Part shown: positions 1 to 9,769 of the stretch, one piece after another
Layout: every line of letters starts with the position of its first letter
How positions within the stretch are numbered: position 1 is the first letter of the stretch
DNA from: a virus
Lineage: Duplodnaviria; Caudoviricetes
Strand: one strand, 5' to 3'
Virus record (IMG/VR): IMGVR_UViG_3300049207_000086
Span: 1-36,759 of that record
DNA: 36,759 nucleotides
Notes under the pieces: generated by a model
Databases searched by the model: none
What the model was told of the DNA's origin: nothing
The model's input: only the letters and a program-made list of their open reading frames with translations
Position numbers and translations under genes: made by a program

Positions 1-2
1 GC

Positions 3-308
3 ACCACCTTGGGCCTGCTGGCCAAGCTGTCGATCCTGTCGCGGCAAAAGGTTGGTCTGCTGCCGACTGTCGTCACCACCCACAACGACATTACCCGTCT
101 TCTTCAATCGATGGGCTTCGACCAGGTGTTCAACATCGTTGGCGATCCGGTTCCGTGTCCGGAATGCCTGGATGACCTGCCTGATCAGGACCAGTCCGAA
201 GAGGAAGTGCGGATCAAGGTGCTTGAAGCCCACAAGATCCTCATGGGGCTGAACGATTCCAATCGTGAAGCGTTCCATGACTTGGTGAATGCGCTGGAGC
301 GGCCTTGA
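3..308 (+). CDS. rssC: STAS-domain anti-sigma factor antagonist (RssC-like), 5'-truncated by the window edge
   Basis: Open frame from the window start: TTLGLLAKLS...ITRLLQSMGFDQVFNIV is the STAS C-terminal half; ends VLEAHKILMGLNDSNREAFHDLV; rssC-tal-dusA is a familiar Pseudomonas neighbourhood. Confidence 0.75.
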   Translation, partial: TTLGLLAKLSILSRQKVGLLPTVVTTHNDITRLLQSMGFDQVFNIVGDPVPCPECLDDLPDQDQSEEEVRIKVLEAHKILMGLNDSNREAFHDLVNALERP

Positions 309-339
309 TTCTTGAGCGTGTGTAGACCGAACTGACGCT

Positions 340-431
340 TTCGCGAGCAGGCTCGCTCCCACAGTGTCCTGTGTTGGGCCGCACCATTTGGATCTGCCCC
401 CATCCTCAGTGGGAGCGAGCCTGCTCGCGAA
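340..431. repeat. REP doublet (REPIN): two inverted 23-bp REP sequences
   Basis: TTCGCGAGCAGGCTCGCTCCCAC (340-362) is the exact reverse complement of GTGGGAGCGAGCCTGCTCGCGAA (409-431); GTGGGAGCGAGC-type REPs are typical of the P. fluorescens complex. Confidence 0.9.
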
Positions 432-471
432 TGGCCTGTCCAGGCGCCAGATTTCTCAGACTGAGCCGCAT

Positions 472-505
472 AAAAAAGGGCGAACCCACCAAGGTTCGCC
501 CTTTT
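472..505. terminator. Bidirectional rho-independent terminator between convergent rssC and tal
   Basis: AAAAAAGGGCGAACC-loop-GGTTCGCCCTTTT stem with A and T tracts on both flanks. Confidence 0.85.
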
Positions 506-524
506 ACATGCCTTGCGAATCAGC

Positions 525-1451
525 TTAAAGCTTGGCTTGCAGCAATGCTTCCAGCTTTTCCTGGTCCCGGGCGAACTGACGAATGCCTTCAGCCAGCTTC
601 TCGGTCGCCATGGCGTCTTCGTTGGACAACCAGCGAAATTGCGCTTCGTTGAGGCTCAGGCGCGCTTCTCCAGCTTGCCCAGGCGCCAGTTTGCGTTCCA
701 GCTTGCCCTCGTCGGCGGCCAGTTTTTCCAGCAGCTCAGGGCTGACGGTCAAGCGGTCGCAACCGGCCAACTGCTCGATCTGATTGAGGTTGCGGAAGCT
801 TGCGCCCATGACCACGGTCTTGTAGTCATTGGACTTGTAGTAGTTGTAGATGCGCGTGACGGACTGCACACCCGGATCATCGGCGCCGGTGTAGTCGTTG
901 CCGTTGGCCTTCTTGTACCAGTCATAGATGCGGCCTACGAATGGCGAGATGAGAAACACCCCGGCGTCGGCACAGGCCGCGGCCTGGGCGAAGGAGAACA
1001 GCAGCGTCAGATTGCACTGGATGCCTTCGCGCTCCAGTTTTTCGGCGGCGCGGATGCCTTCCCAGGTCGAAGCGATCTTGATCAGGACGCGATCCCGGCC
1101 AATGCCGGCTTTTTCGTACAGGTCGACCAGACGATGCGCACGCTTCAACATGGCTCCGGTGTCGAACGACAGGCGCGCATCCACTTCGGTGGAAATGCGC
1201 CCTGGAATCACTTTCAGGATCTCTTGCCCCACCGCGACGCCAAAGCGGTCGCTGGCCAGGCCTACGTCGCCCTTGCAGTCCGCCACGCAGGCGTTCAACA
1301 ATTCGGCATAACCGTGCATTGCCGAAGCCTTGAGCAGCAGGGAAGGGTTGGTGGTGGCGTCGACGGGCTTGATGCGGGCGATGGCTTCGAAGTCGCCAGT
1401 GTCGGCCACGACGGTAGTGAACTGCTTGAGTTGTTCCAGCTTGGAAGTCAT
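525..1451 (-). CDS. tal: Transaldolase (308 aa)
   Basis: [48 protein letters not shown] (Schiff-base Lys), [11 protein letters not shown]; start trimmed to ATG 1451. Confidence 0.97.
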   Translation of the reverse strand: MTSKLEQLKQFTTVVADTGDFEAIARIKPVDATTNPSLLLKASAMHGYAELLNACVADCKGDVGLASDRFGVAVGQEILKVIPGRISTEVDARLSFDTGAMLKRAHRLVDLYEKAGIGRDRVLIKIASTWEGIRAAEKLEREGIQCNLTLLFSFAQAAACADAGVFLISPFVGRIYDWYKKANGNDYTGADDPGVQSVTRIYNYYKSNDYKTVVMGASFRNLNQIEQLAGCDRLTVSPELLEKLAADEGKLERKLAPGQAGEARLSLNEAQFRWLSNEDAMATEKLAEGIRQFARDQEKLEALLQAKL

Positions 1452-1629
1452 GAGCGTGCTCTGTCCTATGGGTCCGTTGACATTACCCGAGGGCCGGCAG
1501 CCACTCAAGGGCGTGAAGAGGTATCGATGGCCCCAGCGGCAACAACCTGGAAACGGCTGTTTGAATGGCCGGGGCAACTGTCGGTAGATACGATGCCAAA
1601 ACCGCGCGCAGGTTCAAAGCAAGTGACAG

Positions 1630-2640
<1,011 letters not shown>

Positions 2641-2698
2641 TTTCTTCAACGTGTTCTGGGCGTGATTTCGGGTGTTTTCAGGCGTTTTTGAGGGCTCG

Positions 2699-2740
2699 GT
2701 GGTACGATGTACCACTTCAAAACTGACGCGTACCACTTTT
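2699..2740. repeat. GTACCAC heptamer cluster upstream of the integrase (candidate arm-type or regulatory sites)
   Basis: GTGGTAC 2699-2705 is inverted relative to GTACCAC 2709-2715; second direct copy GTACCACTT at 2730, 21 bp after the first. Confidence 0.55.
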
Positions 2741-2743
2741 GAT

Positions 2744-3895
2744 ATGGCAACTATCAGGGCAAGAAAACTGGCGGATGGGTCTGTTAGCTACACGGCTCAG
2801 ATCCGCATCAAGCGCGACGGAGTGCAAGTCTATCAAGAGAGCCAGACCTTCGCCCGTAAACAGGCGGCGCAGGCCTGGGCACGCAAGCGTGAGTCCGAGC
2901 TTGATGAGCCTGGTGCGATTGAGCGGGCGAGCCGCAAAGGCGTCACGCTCAAAGACATGATCGATCGATATCTGATGGAGGTTGAGAAAGCCCGGCCGCT
3001 GGGCAAGACAAAACGAGCAACCCTTACAGCCGTCGGTCAGACGTACATGGGCAAGTTGGCCGACACCGATATCAACACCCAATGCCTGGTGGATTACGCG
3101 CTGTGGCGAATGAGCGCCGAGGGGGGAGGCGTCCAGGCGCAGACCGCCGGCAACGACCTGGCGCACCTCGGCGCCGTGCTTTCCATCGGCAAAGACGCCT
3201 GGGGTTATCAGCTCGATCCTATGGCGATGGGTGGCGCACGGCGCGTGCTGCGCAAGCTCGGCTACAACTTGAAGAGCCGCGAGCGTGACCGTCGCCCCAC
3301 GCTGGACGAGCTAGGTAAGCTCATGAAGCACTACCGGGATATGCAGGACCGGCGTCGCAGCATAATCAACATGATGAAAGTGGTGGGCTTTGCCCTGTTT
3401 TCGACGCGCCGTCTCGACGAAATCACCCGGATTCGCTGGGATGGCCTCGACGAGGCCGGCCAGCGGGTGTTGGTACGCGACATGAAGAACCCAGGCCAGA
3501 AGATTGGCAATGACGTCTGGTGCTACATCCCAGACGAGGCCTGGAAGATCCTCCAGACCATGCCCCGTGCCGGCGAGGATATTTTCCCGTACAGCCCCGA
3601 ATCAATCTCCACGTCATGGGCAAAGGCCTGCAAATTTCTGGAAATCCAGGATCTGCACTTCCATGACCTGCGGCACGAAGGTGTAAGTCGCCTGTTCGAA
3701 ATGGACTGGGACATTCCCCGGGTGGCAAGCGTTTCGGGGCATCGTGACTGGAATTCGCTGAGGCGCTACACCCACCTACGTGGCAAGGGCGATCGCTATG
3801 TGAAGTGGGAATGGTACGAAGAAATATTGAAGGCGCCCGTCCAACTGGGCGCCGCATCAATGAAGTGGCTCAAAAGGCGTGTTTTAACCCGTTGA
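2744..3895 (+). CDS. int: Tyrosine recombinase, DusA-associated integrase (383 aa)
   Basis: Catalytic motifs STRRLDEI (R), MKNP (K), FHDLRHEG (HxxR), SGHRDW (H), RRYTHL (Y); divergent from dusA. Confidence 0.93.
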   Translation: MATIRARKLADGSVSYTAQIRIKRDGVQVYQESQTFARKQAAQAWARKRESELDEPGAIERASRKGVTLKDMIDRYLMEVEKARPLGKTKRATLTAVGQTYMGKLADTDINTQCLVDYALWRMSAEGGGVQAQTAGNDLAHLGAVLSIGKDAWGYQLDPMAMGGARRVLRKLGYNLKSRERDRRPTLDELGKLMKHYRDMQDRRRSIINMMKVVGFALFSTRRLDEITRIRWDGLDEAGQRVLVRDMKNPGQKIGNDVWCYIPDEAWKILQTMPRAGEDIFPYSPESISTSWAKACKFLEIQDLHFHDLRHEGVSRLFEMDWDIPRVASVSGHRDWNSLRRYTHLRGKGDRYVKWEWYEEILKAPVQLGAASMKWLKRRVLTR

Positions 3896-4145
3896 GCTGG
3901 TTGTTCTCTTTAACCGCGGCTGCACGCTGTAGATCCAGATACGCAGCCAGGTCGGTGATATGGATCCCCTTGGCCGACTTCTGGCTGCGTTCCAGGCGGG
4001 TGATGGGGATCTTGATCTGCCCGCTCATCACCTTGCGCTGGAACATGTCAGGCGTCAGGTGCGTGAAGTAGTCCCGGCAGACCTGCTCCAGCGAGATAAT
4101 CGCCTGGCCGTCGTACTGGGCCATCAGGATAAAGGCTGTGTTCAT
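3870..4145 (-). CDS. Pyocin activator PrtN-family DNA-binding protein (possible excisionase/directionality factor)
   Basis: MNTAFILMAQYDG...VCRDYF...SQKSAKGIHITDLAAYLD is the PrtN-family pattern; convergent with int, 26-bp overlap. Confidence 0.8.
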   Translation of the reverse strand: MNTAFILMAQYDGQAIISLEQVCRDYFTHLTPDMFQRKVMSGQIKIPITRLERSQKSAKGIHITDLAAYLDLQRAAAVKENNQLNGLKHAF

Positions 4146-4153
4146 GATGTCCC

Positions 4154-4405
4154 TCACATCCGAAACGATTGATGAATGAACGTAGGCTGGGCGGTTCTTC
4201 CTGCCGGCTGTGCGCTGTCGGCCTGGATCTCGCAAACAAACCGATGCCGTTCCCGGTTCGGTGTGCTCAATGCCTGAATGAGCCCTGGTACCTCGCCGAG
4301 ACATTTCTCATAAGCGTTGGGCCCGTCCCAACGTTGAGCTGGTAGCACCTGGCAATCCGTTCGTGTCGCGTCTGCACATAGGTAGAACAGAAGGAAAACG
4401 GTCAT
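4154..4405 (-). CDS. Hypothetical phage protein (83 aa, Cys-containing)
   Basis: Co-oriented in the early operon; its ATG overlaps the stop of the upstream mini-ORF. Confidence 0.6.
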   Translation of the reverse strand: MTVFLLFYLCADATRTDCQVLPAQRWDGPNAYEKCLGEVPGLIQALSTPNRERHRFVCEIQADSAQPAGRTAQPTFIHQSFRM

Positions 4406-4479
4406 ACGGTGGCCTCGCCGACTTCCATAGTGTTCGTGCTAGTCTTCGCGGCGCTGCTGCTTGGGTTCTGTGCTTGCAT
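4402..4479 (-). CDS. 25-aa small ORF MQAQNPSSSAAKTSTNTMEVGEATV
   Basis: AAGGAG Shine-Dalgarno 7 nt before ATG 4479; stop overlaps the next start (ATGA); below the ORF-track cutoff. Confidence 0.45.
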   Translation of the reverse strand: MQAQNPSSSAAKTSTNTMEVGEATV

Positions 4480-4538
4480 GGTGCTGCTCCTTGGTAGTGG
4501 TAGGTGTCGGGGAGTTGCCGCTCCCCGGCACCGTCTTT

Positions 4539-4745
4539 TCAGGCCGTTCTGGCCTGGTCTTGCTTGATGATCGCTATGACTTCGTCCCGGTCCTTCGCGT
4601 ACGCGAAAGGCAGTTCGCCGCCTGGGCGAGTGATCGGGTACCGCGCTTCAGGCAACCGGCACTCGGCCACGGTGTAGCCGCTATCGGTAATCCAACAGTT
4701 CTGTTGCACCTGCCCGTCTCTATTGCGTTTCGGCGCCCATTTCAT
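4539..4745 (-). CDS. Hypothetical phage protein (68 aa)
   Basis: ATGA overlap with the upstream gene; early-operon orientation. Confidence 0.65.
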   Translation of the reverse strand: MKWAPKRNRDGQVQQNCWITDSGYTVAECRLPEARYPITRPGGELPFAYAKDRDEVIAIIKQDQARTA

Positions 4746-5080
4746 GCCCAGACCCTGCGCAGGTCCTGCCAGATCGCATCGCCGTCGGGGAAGTAGGTGT
4801 GAACCTCTTGCTCGGGGCTGTTATCCAGTCGCAGGACCGCAATGCAATCGTCGAACAGGCCAGCGTCGAGACGGCGCAACTCGGTCAGGTCAAACGGATG
4901 TGCAGGGCCGTTGTACAACCCGAGCAGAAAACGCCCGATGACCCCGCTTTGCCCGGTGTCGCGTTGCGCGACCGGCAGCAAGCGAACCAGCGCCTCGATG
5001 CCGGCTTTGCGGATGGCCGGACGCTCGGCCTGGTACTGGAACAACTCGTCAAAGGCATCTTTGAGCGTTTCGTTGTGCAT
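4742..5080 (-). CDS. Conserved-looking phage hypothetical protein (112 aa)
   Basis: Strong AAGGAG RBS; DTGQS..IGRFLLGLYNG..PFDLTELRRLD pattern familiar from prophage early genes. Confidence 0.75.
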   Translation of the reverse strand: MHNETLKDAFDELFQYQAERPAIRKAGIEALVRLLPVAQRDTGQSGVIGRFLLGLYNGPAHPFDLTELRRLDAGLFDDCIAVLRLDNSPEQEVHTYFPDGDAIWQDLRRVWA

Positions 5081-5138
5081 GGTGCTTCTCCTTGAGTGGC
5101 AGGCGTTGCCGCGCCTGGTGTGTGTTGCTGTCGATTGG

Positions 5139-7991
5139 TCAGGCCTGGAAGTGCCAGCACTTCACGATGGGCTGCTTGGTGATGACCGCGTTGCTGTGCT
5201 TGGCCTGGTGAGCCCGCACCGCGCTATCCGTCGCCTTGTTGATGTCGATCAGCTTTCGGGAGCGGGAGTCCTTCAGCCGCTCGCGCAGTTCGCTGACATC
5301 GGCAATTTTCTGGCGATGCTCGGCGGCGCACTTCACGAAGTCGTTGAGGTTGATGGCGATGATGTTTTCCTTCTTGCTGTGGTTGACCACGGGCCCATCG
5401 GCGTCGAGGCCTTCCAGGTACTCGTACACCTCCCAAAATTCGGCCACGACCGGATGATCGGAACTGATGGAGGCCTGGCGCTCTATCGCCATGCGGATAA
5501 TCTGGGTGCGTGTGTTGCTGATCTGCGCATCGGTGAGTGAAACCACCATCCGCAGGCAGTCGAGCAATGCGAGAAGTTGGGCGTGGTTCTTGTTGATCCG
5601 CTCGACACGGATGTAACCGCGTAGCTTGTTGCCGCAATGGGCGCAGTCGCTCTGCTCATCTTTGAAGGGGGTGTCGCAAGCGAAGCAGTGCGAGTGCAGG
5701 CAGCGCAGTTTCGCTTCGTAGCCGGGCAGGCGCTGTGCAAACAGATCCATGACTTCGGCTTCTTTGCGCACTGCCTGCAACACGAAGTTGCTCAGCGTCG
5801 CGCCTTCCAAAGCGTTGAGTAAGTCCGCAGCAGCGCGGCTCTCCGGGGTCACGTTCGGTCGTACGAAGTGCAGTTTGACGATCCGGGTCATGATCGCTTC
5901 GGAGGCCACTACCGGCGCGTTCTGGCTGATTGCGATGGTTCCCCGAAAGGGCGGCTCATACGTCTCGTTGCCGGCGGTTTTAACCCCTTTGGTTGCCAGC
6001 GTGCCGCCGCCGTAGTAATCCTTCAGCTCGTCCCATTCGAAAGTTTTCGCGTGTGCCTTGTCTTCGCCGCTTCGGTCCGATTCCAGCAACACGATAGGCA
6101 TGCCAGACACCTGGCCCATCAAGCGGCTGCGTCCGGCCTTGGTGGATTTGGAAGGGTCGAAGCCCTCATAGCCATCACGGCCGAGTAGCTTCCATAACAA
6201 CGTCAGCAAAGTCGTCTTGCCTGCACCGGCTTCACCAGTCGCCTCAAGGAAAGGGAACGACTGGTAGCGATGACGGATTTGCTCGGCGAACAGCGAGCCG
6301 AACCAAAACGTCAGGGCGACGATGCCCTGGGTACCGAAGCATTGCCACAGCAGATCCAGCCAGCGCGGGTCGTAGTTTTTCGCATCCTTGGTAAGTTGGA
6401 TCTTTACTCCCTTCTGCAAGCTCTTGAGTTTCAGTTTGCCCATCTCGAAAAACTCTTCTTCGTTGATTGTGATGAGTTGCCCTTCGCGAACGGCCACGTC
6501 GTTGAACACGTAGCAGGCGTACTCCCGGCTGTAGCCGACGTAGTCGATGGTCTGGACGGTTTTGATCCCGAACAGCTGGTCTTTCATGATTTTGTCCAGC
6601 TGCTGGCCGCTGCCGGTGAACACAGCCCCGGCCCCCATACCGAGAAGCCTTTTCTTGAACTCACTGGCAGCAGCGACTTGGCCGCCGGTGAAGGTGTTTT
6701 TCACTGAGCCGCCGTCGTGCGGGAAATCGACGCGGAAGAAATACCAGGACTCGTCGGTAATCTCGTTGCGCTGGAAATAGAGTGCCTTGGGGTAGCAATT
6801 CGCAATCTCGACCACGCAGCCAGACATACGCAGTGCCTTTTCGCGAATGGCCTTTTCGTTGAGTAGTTGGTCTTCTTTTTTGTCGCTGTCATCGAGCGCC
6901 TGTTTGGCGCTGTTGAACTTAGAAATATCCAGCTTCCACCAGTACAAGCGGGAGTCGAAACAAAAGTGAAACTCCTCCCGCTCCCGCCACTGGTACATGA
7001 GCAATGCTTTATCGGTGGCGCTCTCGGCGATCAGCAGCGCGCCTTGGTGCTTGGCTTCTTTGAGGTCTTTGTCGATCCGCTGGGCACGTGCCTCGTCACC
7101 GTCCAGAAACGCCCAGCGTTGATGCAGATCGTTCCAATCGACCTTTCGAGCATCTGGTTGCGGGATCTGCGCGGCCTCGCAAACGAAGCCCAGCTCGCGA
7201 GCCTGCCTGACCCACGACTTGGTGTACTTTTGCGCGCCAGGCTCGTTATCCAGGGCCCAGACCAACTTCGGCGGCTTCCCGCCACGGTCCGCTATCAAGG
7301 CCTTTAACGATTCCTCGGGAAAGGCGTTGGAGGACAACGCGGCGACTGCGGAAATACCGTTATGGATGAGCGCTATGGCGTCGAAGATGCCCTCGACGAT
7401 CCACAGCTCGTCAACCTGGAGTACATCGACACACGGTGGGCACCACCAGTAGCCCTTGTAGCTTTGCTTGGGCTGGAAGCGAGCCTTCTTCTTGCCGAAG
7501 CGTGAGGGATGGTCGATCAAGCGCTCCCAGTACCCGCCATGCTCCAGTGGAAATCGCACCGTGGCCGAGCCAATGTTCAGGTCACGGTCAAAATAACTTT
7601 CCTGGGTGTACCAGCCCTCAATCAGCTCAAGCCGAAAGCCGCGAGCAAAGGTGAGGTACGCCTTTGCGGTAGCGGTTGGCTCATCGTTGGTGGCGGGTGC
7701 TCGCTTGCTCCAGTCGTCAAACAGATCGGGGTAAAGTTCTTTGACTGGAGCCTGGTACCGACACTTTTCCTCGCGGCCGCAGCGAATAAACCATGGTTCA
7801 TCATGGCGAGAAAACAAGCGTTTCTGGTTGCACTGAGGGCAGGTGCCCTTGCGCATGTAATGCGTGCCGGCCATATGTTGCAGACCGTAATCAGACTCAA
7901 GGCGCTGAAGTACATCAGCGCGCAGCTTGTTTTCCATGGGCTTGCGTACAAAAGCCTTTGAGCCATGGGGGATGTCGAGTCGCTTATTCAT
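5139..7991 (-). CDS. Replication protein: zinc finger + TOPRIM primase + P-loop helicase
   Basis: CPQC...CGREEKC zinc finger, IVEGIFDA and WALDNE TOPRIM motifs, Walker A GEAGAGKTT; alternative start ATG 7937. Confidence 0.88.
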   Translation of the reverse strand: MNKRLDIPHGSKAFVRKPMENKLRADVLQRLESDYGLQHMAGTHYMRKGTCPQCNQKRLFSRHDEPWFIRCGREEKCRYQAPVKELYPDLFDDWSKRAPATNDEPTATAKAYLTFARGFRLELIEGWYTQESYFDRDLNIGSATVRFPLEHGGYWERLIDHPSRFGKKKARFQPKQSYKGYWWCPPCVDVLQVDELWIVEGIFDAIALIHNGISAVAALSSNAFPEESLKALIADRGGKPPKLVWALDNEPGAQKYTKSWVRQARELGFVCEAAQIPQPDARKVDWNDLHQRWAFLDGDEARAQRIDKDLKEAKHQGALLIAESATDKALLMYQWREREEFHFCFDSRLYWWKLDISKFNSAKQALDDSDKKEDQLLNEKAIREKALRMSGCVVEIANCYPKALYFQRNEITDESWYFFRVDFPHDGGSVKNTFTGGQVAAASEFKKRLLGMGAGAVFTGSGQQLDKIMKDQLFGIKTVQTIDYVGYSREYACYVFNDVAVREGQLITINEEEFFEMGKLKLKSLQKGVKIQLTKDAKNYDPRWLDLLWQCFGTQGIVALTFWFGSLFAEQIRHRYQSFPFLEATGEAGAGKTTLLTLLWKLLGRDGYEGFDPSKSTKAGRSRLMGQVSGMPIVLLESDRSGEDKAHAKTFEWDELKDYYGGGTLATKGVKTAGNETYEPPFRGTIAISQNAPVVASEAIMTRIVKLHFVRPNVTPESRAAADLLNALEGATLSNFVLQAVRKEAEVMDLFAQRLPGYEAKLRCLHSHCFACDTPFKDEQSDCAHCGNKLRGYIRVERINKNHAQLLALLDCLRMVVSLTDAQISNTRTQIIRMAIERQASISSDHPVVAEFWEVYEYLEGLDADGPVVNHSKKENIIAINLNDFVKCAAEHRQKIADVSELRERLKDSRSRKLIDINKATDSAVRAHQAKHSNAVITKQPIVKCWHFQA

Positions 7992-7997
7992 CGGGGC

Positions 7998-8231
7998 TTA
8001 CTTCACTTCGCCGAGACTGTGTTTAATGGCGCCAATCAGGCGTTTTTGCGCGGCCATCACCGGGAAGGCCGCGAGCAACGAGCCATGCCGCAACCCTTCG
8101 GGGATCATGCGAAAGCGGTCGTCGTACCAATGCTCGTTGAACTGCTGGGCGTACTGGCTTCGTAGCGCTTGGAGCAGTGCTTCGGCCTCTTCGCGTGGCA
8201 GTTTTGCGGTGATGGCGACGTCGATTTGCAT
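7998..8231 (-). CDS. Hypothetical phage protein (77 aa)
   Basis: GAGGTG RBS before ATG 8231; directly upstream of the primase gene. Confidence 0.7.
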   Translation of the reverse strand: MQIDVAITAKLPREEAEALLQALRSQYAQQFNEHWYDDRFRMIPEGLRHGSLLAAFPVMAAQKRLIGAIKHSLGEVK

Positions 8232-8306
8232 GGTCCACCTCGGATTTCGGGCAAAGCTCACCCAAACCCACGGGAAGCGGGGCAGGGCGGGTTGTTTAAA
8301 CGGGGA

Positions 8307-8678
8307 TTACTGAGGGTGTTGCTTCAGCGCGTCATCGCGCTGGGCGAGCAGGGTTTGCGGCAGCAGCCTTGCCGGAACCGGGTACCGAAGGTCGGCCCGG
8401 GTATCGATAAGGTGGACGACAGTGCTGCCTGGGCTGTTGCCCCAGTCCACGCCGATCCACTTGCGCTGGTTGATGACCTGCAATTCAGTCCAAGCGTTGT
8501 GCACCAGCTTTTGCGCCATGAACACCGGCACTTCCAATGCGGTGGTCATGTGCCGAACGCAGTTCTCGTACAGCAGGTCAGAGTCCACCAGGTGCTGCGC
8601 TTCGTGCCGTTGCAGGTAGGCGAACGCCACTCGTTGCATGCTGCTGCGGTAGTCGTGGTCAAGCTCTTCATGGTTCAT
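8307..8678 (-). CDS. Hypothetical phage protein (123 aa)
   Basis: ATG 8678 overlaps the ogr stop (ATGA). Confidence 0.7.
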   Translation of the reverse strand: MNHEELDHDYRSSMQRVAFAYLQRHEAQHLVDSDLLYENCVRHMTTALEVPVFMAQKLVHNAWTELQVINQRKWIGVDWGNSPGSTVVHLIDTRADLRYPVPARLLPQTLLAQRDDALKQHPQ

Positions 8679-8965
8679 TGCGCACACTCCATTTCCATTT
8701 GGTCGAGCAGGTCGGGTTGATCGTTGGCGGACTTCATCGCGGCACGGCGCAGGGCAATGTCGGCGATGGGCAACTTGACGGAGGGGTTAGCCATACCGCT
8801 GGGGCTCATTTCATGAGTCATTTCGAACTCAGCCCGCACCGACCAGCCGCAGGCCTCGTTGGTGCATTGCAGGTAGGCCACCCGCAGGAAGATGTGCGTG
8901 CCTTCGCTGGTGCGGATACGCATGCGGCCGAGGCAGTGAGGGCAGACAAGTTTGTAGGTGCTCAC
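8675..8965 (-). CDS. ogr: Ogr/Delta-family zinc-finger late-gene activator
   Basis: CPHC-x-RIRTS-x-YLQCTNEACG-x-MSPS pattern of P2 Ogr. Confidence 0.9.
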   Translation of the reverse strand: MSTYKLVCPHCLGRMRIRTSEGTHIFLRVAYLQCTNEACGWSVRAEFEMTHEMSPSGMANPSVKLPIADIALRRAAMKSANDQPDLLDQMEMECAQ

Positions 8966-9435
8966 CCAGCGAACCCCCGGCCGTGCAGTTGAATGGTCGC
9001 TAGCACTTCGGCGTAGCGGGCTGACATGTACTTCATCAGGGCTGACACAATGACTTCGGCTTCACCCTGCTCAATGACACCGTCGTCCAGCGCTTGGGCA
9101 ATGATCTGGTCAACCAACCCGCGCTTGGCGGCGGCTCTTACCGAGCGGTTGTACAGCTCGACGTTATCCAGCGTTCCAGGCACCGCGACGGGCACAAACA
9201 TGCCGCCATATATGCCGGTGATGTAATCCGCGAGATATGACGTACCCGCAACTTTCTCGAGGCGATGGATATGCTCGTCGCTCAGCGGTCGGCTGCCGGC
9301 GTTCTCATAGGCCTGGTTATCAAACTTCTTGAGCGGCATCCCAAGGTCAGCTGCGGCGTAATGCCGGCCCCCGGGATAAGCGGCAATGACGGCGCTGACT
9401 ACGTCTTTGCGGTTGGCTAGAACTGAGCGTTTCAT
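8962..9435 (-). CDS. YmfL/CII-like phage regulatory protein (157 aa)
   Basis: YPGGR..AAADLGM..FDNQAYE..LADYI..GGMFV and ALDDGVIE motifs; lies after the cox-like gene. Confidence 0.65.
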   Translation of the reverse strand: MKRSVLANRKDVVSAVIAAYPGGRHYAAADLGMPLKKFDNQAYENAGSRPLSDEHIHRLEKVAGTSYLADYITGIYGGMFVPVAVPGTLDNVELYNRSVRAAAKRGLVDQIIAQALDDGVIEQGEAEVIVSALMKYMSARYAEVLATIQLHGRGFAG

Positions 9436-9464
9436 CTTCTGGTTTCCTACCTGAGCCAACGGGC

Positions 9465-9677
9465 CTAATTTGTGACGACGCCGTCTTTGATACCGAGCAA
9501 AACCGCAGCGCGGTGGGACTCGCCCCGCAGACATTTCTTCTGTCCGTTCAACACGGCGTACACCGTTGACGGGGTCAAGTTGTGCTGATCGGCCCAGTCT
9601 TTGGCAGAGAGGCCTTGATGCGCGAGTCGCTCACGTGCCTTTCGGCAAGCTTGCTCCGTGGGGTATGCGTTCGGCAT
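9465..9677 (-). CDS. Cox/Ner-like HTH DNA-binding protein (BcepMu gp16-type)
   Basis: GLSAKDWA..TVYAVLNG.KKCLRGESHRAAVLLGIKDG; divergent from the repressor. Confidence 0.8.
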   Translation of the reverse strand: MPNAYPTEQACRKARERLAHQGLSAKDWADQHNLTPSTVYAVLNGQKKCLRGESHRAAVLLGIKDGVVTN

Positions 9678-9684
9678 AGTCTCG

Positions 9685-9769
9685 TTTCGTGTGATTTCGT
9701 GTGATGACAGGCGGAGTATTTCCCATGATTGTGGGAATGTCAAATCGTCGTGGAGACGTTTGTGGGAAT
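9685..9769. promoter_or_regulatory. Lysis/lysogeny switch region with candidate operators
   Basis: Tandem TTTCGTGTGA x2 (9685-9704); palindrome TTCCCA-N6-TGGGAA (9720-9737); TGTGGGAAT repeated at 9730 and 9761. Confidence 0.6.

Noticed and set aside
340-431. Inverted repeats as transposon ends or CRISPR repeats
   Set aside because: Ordinary REP doublet; no transposase, spacers or cas genes anywhere in the window
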